The notes beneath the pieces are model-generated. The model was not told where the DNA came from, ran no database searches, and saw nothing but the letters and a program-made list of their open reading frames with translations. A stretch of DNA of 62,812 bases from Bacteroidota bacterium. GTDB taxonomy: Bacteria > Bacteroidota > Bacteroidia > Bacteroidales > JAHJDW01. Below, piece after piece: positions 29,519-39,175 of this stretch; position 1 is the first letter of the stretch, and the number at the start of each line of letters is the position of its first letter. The position numbers and the translations under genes are program-made. The DNA is taken from assembly GCA_037139195.1 (NCBI GenBank), contig JBAXGW010000019.1, positions 1-62,812 of the forward strand. Direction: 5' to 3'.

Positions 29519-30727
29519 ATGAAAAGATTATTAATTTTATTCTTTACTTTAGCTTTGGGTATGGGGAGTTTCTCATACCCAATGTTTGTTTATGCACAAC
29601 AAGGAAACGATGAATTTAAAACTCCCTCCGCTGATGAGTTTAAATCGGTTGACAAAAATGAATTCAAATCAGTAGATAAAAATGAATTTAAGTCAGTTGA
29701 TAAAAATGAATTTAAAAAAGAGACAAAAGGAAGCAAATCAGAGAATAAAAAGGACAATGAATTTAAAGAGGCTTCATCTGATGAGTTTGTTTCAAAAGAA
29801 GAATTTACTAAAATTTCGGAATCTAAAACTGGAGGTTGTTCCGGCTGCTCTGGATGTCCAAGCAAAACAGAAACCATTATTGATTATAGACCATTGTATG
29901 AAGTATTATGGATACTTGCTTTTGCAGTTTTAGCTGGAGTTTTTGTTCGATTTAAATTTACTCGAAACTTAAGAAATGTATTTCTGTTAAGTTCTTTAAT
30001 TTACTTGGGCTTTTATAAATATGGATGTCCGTGTATGATTTCGAGTTTTGAGGATTTTGTATTGTTATTTACAGGTAATTATACAAGTTGGTTTAATTAT
30101 GTATGGTTTTTAGGCTTAATTCCAATTACCTACATTTTTGGAAGAGTATGGTGTGGATGGGTTTGTCATCTTGGTGCATTGCAAGAATTTATTCATTTAC
30201 CTGCAAAATTTAATGTTTTTTCAGGTTATAAAGCTCAAAGAATAATGCGCTACTTGAGTTATGTATTAACTCTTGCATTAATTTTACAGATAATTATTCA
30301 GAAAAAAATATTTTGGTGTTCAATCGATCCGTTTGTGCCAATTTTTACTATGAATTTTAAATACGATTATACATTAATGAATTATATTTTAATTGGCACT
30401 CTGATTATTACCTCTCTTTTTTCGTATCGTCCTTTTTGTAGAGCGGCTTGCCCAGTTGGATTGGTTTTAAGTTGGATTTCATTAGTACCTGGCGCTTCAA
30501 TTATTGGTGTTAATAATCATTCATGCACAAGTTGCAAATCTTGTAATTCGGCTTGTAAAATAGATGCTATTACTAGAAATAATAAGTTAAGTAAGATAGA
30601 TAATAAAGAATGCATCGTTTGTGGCGATTGTCTTGATTCTTGCAATATTACGTCCCTGTCTTTTGTTCGCAATTGCAAATCAAAGGGGAACACAGTAATT
30701 GTTGAATGTAAAAAGGATTGTGTTTAA
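29519..30727 (+). CDS. NapH/MauN-like membrane polyferredoxin (4Fe-4S binding) with an N-terminal periplasmic EFK-repeat and CSGCSGC extension
   Basis: CGWVCHLG and FCRAACPVG transmembrane CxxxC(P/H) motifs. Two C-terminal CxxCxxCxxxC ferredoxin motifs (CTSCKSCNSAC; CIVCGDCLDSC). A tandem 24-bp DNA repeat at ~29609-29731 encodes the EFKSVDKN units. Confidence 0.7.
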   Translation: MKRLLILFFTLALGMGSFSYPMFVYAQQGNDEFKTPSADEFKSVDKNEFKSVDKNEFKSVDKNEFKKETKGSKSENKKDNEFKEASSDEFVSKEEFTKISESKTGGCSGCSGCPSKTETIIDYRPLYEVLWILAFAVLAGVFVRFKFTRNLRNVFLLSSLIYLGFYKYGCPCMISSFEDFVLLFTGNYTSWFNYVWFLGLIPITYIFGRVWCGWVCHLGALQEFIHLPAKFNVFSGYKAQRIMRYLSYVLTLALILQIIIQKKIFWCSIDPFVPIFTMNFKYDYTLMNYILIGTLIITSLFSYRPFCRAACPVGLVLSWISLVPGASIIGVNNHSCTSCKSCNSACKIDAITRNNKLSKIDNKECIVCGDCLDSCNITSLSFVRNCKSKGNTVIVECKKDCV

Positions 30728-30745
30728 TCTTTTGGATTTTTAGAA

Positions 30746-30786
30746 TAAAAAAAAGACCTAGTTTCAATTTTCTAGGTCTTTTTTGT
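30746..30786. terminator. Bidirectional rho-independent terminator
   Basis: aaaaaaaa-agacctag-loop-ctaggtct-tttttt. Confidence 0.65.
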
Positions 30787-30800
30787 TGTTTTAAAAAATG

Positions 30801-31574
30801 TTATTTTTTAACAATAATTTTTGTTTTAATATCACCACTGTTTCTTTTAACTGAAACAAAGTATACGCCTTCAGCAATGTCATTAATATTTACGTTTAAA
30901 ATTCCAGAAGCATTGCTATAGTTTTTAGAAACAACAACTTGTCCATTAACATTATACATTTCTAATTTAGTATCTTCTGCTTTAGAACCTAAGTTGATGT
31001 TTAACATATTTGAAGCTGGATTTGGATAAACCATAATAGAAGAAGTTTCGTTATCTTCAACGTTAGTAGTAGTAGGAGTCCATGTTAAAGACATTGCTGT
31101 GTAGTTAGTTGTAGCAGTAGTTACACCTGTATTAGCAGTAGCACCTTTTGTAAAAGTAAAATAACTTACTGGACCAGCTGTGTTCGACCAAGCCATTTGA
31201 ATACCCACTTTGTAAGTTCCATCAGCTACAAGTGTTTGATTAACATCTTTTCCATTCCAGGTAAGAGCTAAAGGGGTAGTGTGATTTGCTAGAGTTGCTC
31301 CAGTTGTGGCATCAACTACGTTTTCAGCAGATTTAGTAATCCAAGTTGCTAAATATTGCTTGCGAGCAACTGCTTGTCTTAAAAGAGTTTTAACAAATAC
31401 GCCATTTGCGTCTTCAATCCAAACAGCTACAACATGTTTTGGTGAGTATGTTCCCGCTCCTGATGGAGACGCTGTTGTAACATTAAAAGCCATTGTTCCT
31501 GCAGTTTGAGCAAACGATTTTAAACCAAAAGCAATAAAAATTGCAATAGTAAATAATGTAGAAATTTTTTTCAT
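30801..31574 (-). CDS. DUF2271-like secreted protein with an ApbE-type flavinylation motif (DATTGAT) and a T9SS C-terminal sorting domain
   Basis: Signal peptide. HVVAVWIEDANGVFVKTL DUF2271-like core. DATTGAT matches the Dxx(S/T)GA(T/S) FMN-acceptor motif. C-terminal IMVYPNPASNMLNINL...GVYFVSVK Por_Secre_tail. Confidence 0.6.
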   Translation of the reverse strand: MKKISTLFTIAIFIAFGLKSFAQTAGTMAFNVTTASPSGAGTYSPKHVVAVWIEDANGVFVKTLLRQAVARKQYLATWITKSAENVVDATTGATLANHTTPLALTWNGKDVNQTLVADGTYKVGIQMAWSNTAGPVSYFTFTKGATANTGVTTATTNYTAMSLTWTPTTTNVEDNETSSIMVYPNPASNMLNINLGSKAEDTKLEMYNVNGQVVVSKNYSNASGILNVNINDIAEGVYFVSVKRNSGDIKTKIIVKK

Positions 31575-31814
31575 AAATGATATAGTTTTTAGTTAATTTT
31601 AGCTAATATAAAAATATTTTAGATGTCTTCAAAACGACTTGCAATTTTTTTTTAAGAAAAAATCATTAAATTTTTTTAATGTTTCTCCTTTTAATCAATA
31701 AATGTAGCAATTCCTATAAAAATAATAGGATTGTGAAGATTTATTCCTTTTTTTATTATTTGGAATTATTATAAATAGCAGTTTGTTTAATTAAAAAAGG
31801 AATCAATTGTTTTT

Positions 31815-31841
31815 TTGACATGTAATTTTTCGATATATTTG
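31815..31841 (+). promoter_or_regulatory. Putative Bacteroidota sigma-A type promoter (TTG ... TAtaTTTG) for the cytochrome operon
   Basis: TTGaca at 31815-31820 and TATATTTG at 31834-31841, ~35 bp upstream of the first operon gene. Confidence 0.3.
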
Positions 31842-31874
31842 ATAGGATAAAATTAAAATTAACCGTGTTTTTAT

Positions 31875-32288
31875 ATGAATAAACTATCTAAATTATTACT
31901 TCTAACAGCATGTTCTGTTGTTATTTTTAGCTGCGAAAAAGCTACAATTGAATTCAATGACAAAGGTGTAACCAAAGTAGTTAAACCTATAGGTGCTGGT
32001 GCAGATTCTGTTCGTTTTAGTGCAGCTATTTATCCGCTTTTCGAAGCAAATTGTCAAAGCTGTCATGGTGGTTCTGGTGGTTTTACTATAACTAATGTAA
32101 CTACTGCTCACCAAGAAATAATGAATATTAATCTAGCTACTCCTGGTACTATAATTCCTGGTGACCCTGCAAATAGTGGAATTATGACTAAGTTTACTAC
32201 AACTGGCGATCACAATGGCGTTGTAGTTACGCAGCCTAATATTGATTTATTAAGTACGTGGATTTCGCAAGGAGCAAAAAACAATTAA
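31875..32288 (+). CDS. Mono-heme c-type cytochrome lipoprotein
   Basis: Lipoprotein-type signal (LLTACSVVIFSC) and a single CQSCH heme c motif. Confidence 0.5.
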   Translation: MNKLSKLLLLTACSVVIFSCEKATIEFNDKGVTKVVKPIGAGADSVRFSAAIYPLFEANCQSCHGGSGGFTITNVTTAHQEIMNINLATPGTIIPGDPANSGIMTKFTTTGDHNGVVVTQPNIDLLSTWISQGAKNN

Positions 32289-32315
32289 TTTACAGAAACT
32301 AAATTTTAAAATAAA

Positions 32316-33296
32316 ATGAATAAAAAATTTATAATAATATTGTTTAGTATTGTTTGCAGCTTTAATATGTTTGCTCAAACAACAGATTCAGTTGCTGATG
32401 CAGCAGCCGCAGAAAAAGCAGAAGGAAAAAAAGCTGTTAGAGACCCATGGGCTTGTAACGTTATTGTTGATAATCAAACTACAAATACAAATACTAAGGG
32501 TAGTATGGAATTTATGATTCATCATCGTTTTGCAAATTTCTCACAAGGTTTAGATAACCTATATGGTATTTATGGTTCTTCTAATATCAGATTAGGTATT
32601 ACTTATGCCGTTACTGATAAAATAATGATTGGTTTTGGGTCTGAAAAAGACAACAAACAACAAGAATTTACAGGAAAAGTTAAGTTTTTGGATCAAAACA
32701 GAGCGGGTAGTGTACCAGTTTCAGTAGCTTTATTCGGAAATGCTTGTATTAATACAAACAAAAAAGAAACTTGGGGCGATGGATTTAAATTTGATGATAA
32801 ACTTTCGTACTTTGGTCAATTAATGGTTTCTCGTAAGTTTTCTGATCGTTTAACATTTCAAGTAGCTGGATGCTTTAGCCATTTTAATAAAGTAGAGAGT
32901 AATAAAAATAAAACGGTAAAAATTACCACTGACACTGTTGCAGGAACAACTACTACTGCAACAACTGTTACATATAAAAACAAATATGCAAATGAAGCTT
33001 TTGGCGTTTCTTGTGGTGGTAGATTTAAATTTTATAATGAAATGTCTTTGGTTGCAGAATATAATCAACCGCTTTTAAATTTAGATTTTACTAAAGTTGA
33101 AAATTCAGATATTTTAAAACCAAAACCAAATCTTGTATTAGGAGTTGAGGTTGCTACTAGCACCCATGCTTTCCAAATATTTGTAGCTTCATCTAAAGGG
33201 ATTACAGCACAAAACAATTTTGTTAAAAATCAAGTAGATTACACAGATGCCAAGCAATTGTTAATTGGTTTTAATATCACTGTTAGATTAAACTAA
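32316..33296 (+). CDS. Outer-membrane beta-barrel protein (candidate porin partner of the cytochromes)
   Basis: Signal peptide, alternating beta-strand pattern, and a terminal aromatic/hydrophobic strand (ITVRLN). Sits immediately upstream of the multi-heme cytochrome. Confidence 0.5.
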   Translation: MNKKFIIILFSIVCSFNMFAQTTDSVADAAAAEKAEGKKAVRDPWACNVIVDNQTTNTNTKGSMEFMIHHRFANFSQGLDNLYGIYGSSNIRLGITYAVTDKIMIGFGSEKDNKQQEFTGKVKFLDQNRAGSVPVSVALFGNACINTNKKETWGDGFKFDDKLSYFGQLMVSRKFSDRLTFQVAGCFSHFNKVESNKNKTVKITTDTVAGTTTTATTVTYKNKYANEAFGVSCGGRFKFYNEMSLVAEYNQPLLNLDFTKVENSDILKPKPNLVLGVEVATSTHAFQIFVASSKGITAQNNFVKNQVDYTDAKQLLIGFNITVRLN

Positions 33297-33366
33297 TTTT
33301 TCAACTTAAAAATTTCATTACTTCAATATTGAATATATTATTGTTTAACTCATAAAAATCAACAAA

Positions 33367-34374
33367 TTGAATAAAAAAAGAATAATACTATTTATTAACG
33401 TATTATTATTATTTATAGTTTTTGGGTTGATAGCTTATCTTCAACACAAACCAGTAGAAATAATAAAGGCAGGCGTTAAACATGAATACACCAGCAAAGC
33501 AGAGAATCAAAATTGTTTGAAGTGTCACGGTGTTCATAAATATGAATGTACGAATCCAGATGATTCTACACAACAAGCATTCAAGAAAATGTATGCAGAA
33601 AATGTTATTGATACAACAGCATACTATCACTCCAACCATTATGATTTTAAGTGTAGTGATTGCCATTCTGCTGATTATAAAAAAACACCTCACAATCCTG
33701 CATTAAAATTTGAAGAAATTAGTGCTTGTATCGATTGCCATGGCGAAGATACTACGTATGCAAAATTTCATTTCGACTCAATAAATGTTGATTATGGGAA
33801 GAGCATACATGCCACTAAACTTGGGAAAGACTTTAGTTGCTGGAGTTGTCATAATTCCCATACATATAAAACTCAATACAAAGATTCTTCAAAAACAGTT
33901 GAACAAGCTATTGAATATGCAAATGCAATGTGTTTGAGTTGTCATACTAGTAATGATAGAATGCAATATTTTGGTGATGAAAAAACCGATATAACTAAAA
34001 AACACCAATGGCTTACAAATCAAGATGCTCATTTCAAGAAAGTAAGATGCATTGATTGTCATACAGAGCCTAATTCAAATTCTGATGTCGCTCATAATTT
34101 AGTGCCGAAAGAAAAGGCTATTAGAAAATGTATTACTTGTCACGCCCCAAACTCAAAAACGTTAAACAATTTGTATTTAACTAGAAAGTCTATTCAAGCT
34201 GAAAAGCTCGGGTTTACACATCCGGAGTTGGTTAAAGACGCAAATGTTATTGGAGCAAATCAGAATAATTACCTTTCAATAATTGCATTGTCTATCATTG
34301 GATTAATGATTGTTGGATTAACAGTACATATTATTTTTAGAATTAAACTAAGCAAGAAAAATGGGAAATCATAA
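33367..34374 (+). CDS. Membrane-anchored heptaheme c-type cytochrome
   Basis: Seven CxxCH motifs (CLKCH, CSDCH, CIDCH, CWSCH, CLSCH, CIDCH, CITCH), an N-terminal TM anchor and a C-terminal TM helix. Confidence 0.8.
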   Translation: MNKKRIILFINVLLLFIVFGLIAYLQHKPVEIIKAGVKHEYTSKAENQNCLKCHGVHKYECTNPDDSTQQAFKKMYAENVIDTTAYYHSNHYDFKCSDCHSADYKKTPHNPALKFEEISACIDCHGEDTTYAKFHFDSINVDYGKSIHATKLGKDFSCWSCHNSHTYKTQYKDSSKTVEQAIEYANAMCLSCHTSNDRMQYFGDEKTDITKKHQWLTNQDAHFKKVRCIDCHTEPNSNSDVAHNLVPKEKAIRKCITCHAPNSKTLNNLYLTRKSIQAEKLGFTHPELVKDANVIGANQNNYLSIIALSIIGLMIVGLTVHIIFRIKLSKKNGKS

Positions 34375-34963
34375 ATTATATTTATATCCACTTTGGCTAC
34401 GTTTATGGCATGTAACTAATGCCTTGCTATGCCTAACATTAATGTTTACTGGTGGTTTTATGCATTTTGGATCAAATATTATAAGTTTTGCTATAGCAGT
34501 AAAAATTCATAATGTAGTTGGAATTATATTATTAGTTAATTATACCATTTTTGTGTTTGGAAACCTTATTACTAATAATGGGAATCATTATATACTAATA
34601 TTTAAAGGATTATTTAAAAGAATTTTTACTCAATTAAGGTATTATTCTTTTGGAATGTTTAAAGGCGAGGAAACTCCTTTTCCTGTAAGCGAAGAGAATA
34701 AGTTTAATCCTGTTCAACAAATAACATATTACTCAATAATGTACGCTTTGCTTCCAATATTAGGAATTACAGGCATTGCAATGCTATTTCCAGAAAAAGT
34801 AATATTTGAATTGTTTTCAATAAAAGGTATTGTATTAATTGATTTTGTTCATTTAATAGGCGGATTTTGTATCGTGTTATTTCTAGTAATTCATCTTTAC
34901 TTTTCAACGGTTGGCGAAAAAATATCTTCGCATTTCAAAAGTATAGTTACTGGATGGCACTAA
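34361..34963 (+). CDS. Di-heme b-type cytochrome membrane subunit (Ni/Fe-hydrogenase/FdhC/PhsC-like cytochrome b family)
   Basis: Four TM helices with conserved His ligands (LWHVTN, HNVVG, HLIGG, HLYF). Overlaps the preceding gene by 14 bp. Confidence 0.6.
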   Translation: MGNHKLYLYPLWLRLWHVTNALLCLTLMFTGGFMHFGSNIISFAIAVKIHNVVGIILLVNYTIFVFGNLITNNGNHYILIFKGLFKRIFTQLRYYSFGMFKGEETPFPVSEENKFNPVQQITYYSIMYALLPILGITGIAMLFPEKVIFELFSIKGIVLIDFVHLIGGFCIVLFLVIHLYFSTVGEKISSHFKSIVTGWH

Positions 34964-35018
34964 TTTTGTAAAATAAAACAAACTTAATTATAATTATTAA
35001 TTTAAAAACGGAGGTAAA

Positions 35019-35423
35019 ATGAAAACTAAATTAGTATTTTTTAACTTAGCAGCTCTTGTTATTATTGTTGCACTTACTACAGCTTTTTCTGCAGGAAAAG
35101 AACCATGGGTTATTCCAGCAAAATACAAAGCAATGAAAAACACTGTAAAATCAAATGCAGATAACATTAAAGTTGGTAAAGCTTTATGGGATAAACAATG
35201 CAAAAGTTGTCATGGTGGAGCTGGTAAAGGTGATGGCGTAAAAGCTAAAGGTTTGAAAACAAGTTGTGGTGATATGGCTGCTGCTGCTTTCCAAGCACAA
35301 ACAGATGGCGAAATTTATTTCCAATCATTTATTGGAAGAAATGAAATGCCTAATTTTGAAAAGAAAATTGCAGATGAAACTGATAGATGGAGTGTAGTGA
35401 ATTATATACGTTCATTGAAGTAA
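35019..35423 (+). CDS. Class I c-type cytochrome (c551/c552-like)
   Basis: Signal/anchor sequence, a CKSCHGG heme motif and a distal Met-containing segment (EMPNF). Confidence 0.7.
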   Translation: MKTKLVFFNLAALVIIVALTTAFSAGKEPWVIPAKYKAMKNTVKSNADNIKVGKALWDKQCKSCHGGAGKGDGVKAKGLKTSCGDMAAAAFQAQTDGEIYFQSFIGRNEMPNFEKKIADETDRWSVVNYIRSLK

Positions 35424-35559
35424 TTATTTTTTATTTTTCATATTTAATTAAAACCTAACAGAATTTATTCTGTTAGGTTTTTCACATATTGCTACTTCGT
35501 TTATAATTAAAATATCGTAAATTGCGTTTCTAAAAAGTACCCTCTAATCAATCTGATAG

Positions 35560-36786
35560 ATGAAACAAATAATCAAGTTTTTTTATTCTCGCACAAGCTA
35601 TAATATTAGTTTTTTTATTGCTTTTTCACTTGTGTTTTTGGGCTTTTTTCTAAATTATTTTACCGGAACTCATAAGCTGGTTTTAGATTGGCCTGTAAAT
35701 ATTATTGTGTTAATAGTTTTTGTTGCAATTATTGTTAATTTGAATATTTTTTCAAAAAACGCTATTGTTGCTTGGCTTTCAAGTATTCCTGCATCAATTT
35801 CAGCAATTTGCACTTATTCTTTTTTAGTGTTTTTAATGGGATTAATCCCCCAAAATAATCCTGAGGCTTCAAGTATTCTTTTTAAATTAGGGCTCACTGA
35901 TATTGTAAGCAGTTGGAGTTTTCTTCTTATTTCATTTTATTTACTTACAATTTTAGGCTTCGTTATAATGAAGCGCTTAAAGAAATTTAATTTCAGAAAT
36001 TCTGTTTTTATTCTTAATCACTTGGGTTTATGGATAACAGTCACTTCTGCTTTATTAGGTAGTAGTGATGTCTCAAAATACCAAATGTCTATTGCCGAAG
36101 GTCATAAGACAAATATTGTAACCAATGATCAATCAGAAATGTTTCAAATGCCTTTTGATATTCAGTTAATTGATTTTAAAATTGATGAATATATTCCTAA
36201 TATAATTTTAGTTAATCCAAACGATGGATTTATTATTAATGATAAAAAGGATAAAAGCTTTGAAATAAAGGAAAATGCGGTTCAAATATTGAAAAACTGG
36301 GAAATAAAAGTACTAAAGTATTATGAAAATGGCATTCCAAAGGACTCAAGTTATTCGCCGTCAAATGTGGAAGGAGCTGTCCCAGTTGCATATATTGAAG
36401 CTAAACTTGTTGGAGGCAATCAAAAAACGTTAAATGGATGGATTACAAGTGGTAGTAAATTTATTCCTCAACAAATTTTATATATCGAAAAAAATATTGC
36501 TATTGCAATGACTATTCCTACTCCAAAGAAATTTAGCTCAAGTGTTAAAATTTATGATAAAACTAATGTTTCAGATACTAAATTAATTGAAGTTAATAAG
36601 CCTCTGAGCGTTGGAAATTGGAAGATTTATCAAATTGGTTATGATGCAGAGAAAGGAAAATGGTCGAAAATTAGCACTTTTGAGATAGTAAATGACCCAT
36701 GGATTAATGGTGTTTATTTCGGAATTGGGATGTTGCTAATTGGAAGTTTATTGTTATTTTGGGTTGGTAAAACTAAAGAATTGTAA
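35560..36786 (+). CDS. Cytochrome c biogenesis protein ResB/CcsB (System II)
   Basis: N-terminal TM helices, a large periplasmic domain and a C-terminal TM. Directly precedes a CcsA homolog with a 2-bp gap. Confidence 0.55.
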   Translation: MKQIIKFFYSRTSYNISFFIAFSLVFLGFFLNYFTGTHKLVLDWPVNIIVLIVFVAIIVNLNIFSKNAIVAWLSSIPASISAICTYSFLVFLMGLIPQNNPEASSILFKLGLTDIVSSWSFLLISFYLLTILGFVIMKRLKKFNFRNSVFILNHLGLWITVTSALLGSSDVSKYQMSIAEGHKTNIVTNDQSEMFQMPFDIQLIDFKIDEYIPNIILVNPNDGFIINDKKDKSFEIKENAVQILKNWEIKVLKYYENGIPKDSSYSPSNVEGAVPVAYIEAKLVGGNQKTLNGWITSGSKFIPQQILYIEKNIAIAMTIPTPKKFSSSVKIYDKTNVSDTKLIEVNKPLSVGNWKIYQIGYDAEKGKWSKISTFEIVNDPWINGVYFGIGMLLIGSLLLFWVGKTKEL

Positions 36787-36788
36787 TT

Positions 36789-37592
36789 ATGAGCGGAGCA
36801 AATTTTCATACTTTTTATTTTATCATAATTTCATTATGGATTTGTGGTTTAGTTTTGTTTTTTTTAGAAAACAAAGAAAAAAGAAAAATATCTAATTTTG
36901 GGCTTGCTACAATTGCACTTGGAGTTGCAGTTGTGGGTTTTTATATAGGTTATTTATGGATATTATTAGAACGACCTCCAATGCGAACTTTAGGCGAAAC
37001 AAGATTATTGTATGCGCTTTTTGTCCCCATAATTGGATTCATTATTTTTTATCGATGGAAAATAAAATGGATGATAGTGTATAGCATTGTTTTAGCAGCT
37101 GTTTTTTTAACTATTGATTTTGTTATGCCCGAAGTTTTTAATAAAACTCTAATGCCAGCATTACAAAGCTTTTGGTTCGTTCCACATGTTATAGTATATA
37201 TTTTTGCTTATGCAATTTTAGGATTTTCAACTGTCATTGCTATTTGGGGACTATTCCTTTTGTATAAAAAAACGTTCAATACTGAGGTTTTATTTTTAGC
37301 TGATAATACCGTTTATGTTGGTTTTACATTCCTAACTTTAGGATTATTGTTTGGTGCACTTTGGGCAAAGGAAGCCTGGGGTAATTACTGGACTTGGGAT
37401 CCTAAAGAAACTTGGGCTTTCTTAACATGGCTAGGCTATTTATTATACATACATCTTCGAATACGACACAAAGATTCTATAAAAATTCCGTTAATAGTTC
37501 TTTCGGCTATTTTTGTAGTGCTAATAATATGTTGGTTTGGAATAAACTATCTTCCTTCAGCTCAAAATAGCGTTCATGTATATGCTAATTAA
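36789..37592 (+). CDS. ccsA: Cytochrome c biogenesis protein CcsA/ResC (System II haem lyase subunit)
   Basis: WWD-type motif AKEAWGNYWTWDPKETWAFLTW with conserved His residues in TM helices. Confidence 0.8.
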   Translation: MSGANFHTFYFIIISLWICGLVLFFLENKEKRKISNFGLATIALGVAVVGFYIGYLWILLERPPMRTLGETRLLYALFVPIIGFIIFYRWKIKWMIVYSIVLAAVFLTIDFVMPEVFNKTLMPALQSFWFVPHVIVYIFAYAILGFSTVIAIWGLFLLYKKTFNTEVLFLADNTVYVGFTFLTLGLLFGALWAKEAWGNYWTWDPKETWAFLTWLGYLLYIHLRIRHKDSIKIPLIVLSAIFVVLIICWFGINYLPSAQNSVHVYAN

Positions 37593-37614
37593 TAAATTAT
37601 TAAAAATATAAACT

Positions 37615-38073
37615 ATGAAATTTAAAAAAACATTTTCTGCTATAGCAATTGCAATTTGCTACGTAGTATTAGCTTCAAGCTGTGAAAGAGAAAACGAAGC
37701 TAGAAGTTCTGAATCTGGTGAAGACAGCCATAACACTGGTGTTGATTGTATGATTTGTCATAAAAAAGATGGTAATGGAAAAGGAATTTTTACTGTTGCA
37801 GGAACTGTTTATGATAGTATTCAAAAAAATATTGTTACTGGTGCTACTGTTAGACTGTATTCTGGTGCAAATGCCACAGGAACATTATTAGCTACAATTC
37901 CTAATGATCAAAGTGGTAATTTTTATATCTCTAATACTATTGATTTTACAAAGGATGTATATGTTAGTGTAAAATCGAGAAGCGGTAATATTAAAGAGAT
38001 GAACGGAAAAATTAAAACTGGAGCTTGTACCAGTTGTCATGGCACTACAACTGATGTTGTTTGGGTTAAATAA
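37615..38073 (+). CDS. Di-heme c-type cytochrome lipoprotein
   Basis: Lipoprotein-type signal (LASSC) and two CxxCH motifs (CMICH, CTSCH). The internal IVTGATV resembles a flavinylation core but lacks the leading Asp. Confidence 0.6.
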   Translation: MKFKKTFSAIAIAICYVVLASSCERENEARSSESGEDSHNTGVDCMICHKKDGNGKGIFTVAGTVYDSIQKNIVTGATVRLYSGANATGTLLATIPNDQSGNFYISNTIDFTKDVYVSVKSRSGNIKEMNGKIKTGACTSCHGTTTDVVWVK

Positions 38074-38117
38074 TTATTCAAATCTTTTTTAATCTAAAAC
38101 TTAATATTAAACCAAAC

Positions 38118-39122
38118 ATGAAAAAAGTACTTTTCGTTTTATTTATTATTTTTAATATTTCTTTAAATCTTAGAGCTCAAGAGGCTCCATTTAGAATTAA
38201 TGGATATATTCAAGGTTCAACCTATTCAATTGTTTATTTTGATAAGGAGAGTAGAGATTTTAAAAAAGAAATTGAATCGATTCTAGAACAATTTAACAAA
38301 TCTGTATCAATTTACGATTCAACATCTATTATCTCAAAAGTTAATAGAAATGTTCCAAATGTTCAATTAGATGAATATTTTATTACATGTTTTAATAAAT
38401 CTCTTGAAGTTTCTAAAGCAACTGATGGCGCTTTTGATATTACTGTTGGACCACTGGTAAATGCTTGGGGCTTTGGCAATAAAAATAAAGAGAAAATGGA
38501 TACAGCTAAAGTTAAAGCTATTCTCGAGCATGTGGGTTTTAATAAAGTTTCTATTAAAAATAATCTGTTAGTTAAAACAGATCCAGAAGTTATTATCGAT
38601 TTTAATGGAATTGCACAAGGATATTCGGTTGATGTCATAAGTAATTTTTTAAAATCGAAAAAAATCGAAAATTTCATTGTTGAAATAGGTGGAGAAGTAT
38701 ATGCTAATGGGAAAAAACCAAACGGGACATTTTGGACAGTAGGAGTAGAAAAGCCTAATGATAATAAAGATGGCAAAAATGATTTAGAGGCTATTGCAAA
38801 ACTAGAGAATTCTGCTTTAACAACCGCAGGTAATTATAGGAAGTTTTACATTGAGAATGGTATTAGATATTCACATACAATTAATCCAAAAACTGGTTTC
38901 CCTGCTAAAAACACTTTGTTAAGTGCTTCGGTATTTGCAAAAGAATGTATAATATGCGATGGATATGATACTCCATTTATGGTAATGGGATTAGAAAAAA
39001 CACTTGTATTTTTGAAAAAACATCCCGAAATACAAGCATATTTAATATATTCGGATGAAAAAGGTGATGTGAAAACATTTGAAACAGAAGGATTGAAAGA
39101 TATTTTAACTGAAAAAAAATAA
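38118..39122 (+). CDS. apbE: FAD:protein FMN transferase (ApbE family), periplasmic
   Basis: Signal peptide. ApbE motifs GAFDITVGPLVNAWGFG, DFNGIAQGYSVD and VEIGGEV. Confidence 0.8.
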   Translation: MKKVLFVLFIIFNISLNLRAQEAPFRINGYIQGSTYSIVYFDKESRDFKKEIESILEQFNKSVSIYDSTSIISKVNRNVPNVQLDEYFITCFNKSLEVSKATDGAFDITVGPLVNAWGFGNKNKEKMDTAKVKAILEHVGFNKVSIKNNLLVKTDPEVIIDFNGIAQGYSVDVISNFLKSKKIENFIVEIGGEVYANGKKPNGTFWTVGVEKPNDNKDGKNDLEAIAKLENSALTTAGNYRKFYIENGIRYSHTINPKTGFPAKNTLLSASVFAKECIICDGYDTPFMVMGLEKTLVFLKKHPEIQAYLIYSDEKGDVKTFETEGLKDILTEKK

Positions 39123-39127
39123 ACAAT

Positions 39128-39158
39128 AAAAAAACCACTAGAAATAGTGGTCTTTTTA
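39128..39158. terminator. Bidirectional rho-independent terminator
   Basis: aaaaaa-accacta-gaaa-tagtggt-cttttt. Confidence 0.65.
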
Positions 39159-39175
39159 TTGGCAAAAACAGTAAA

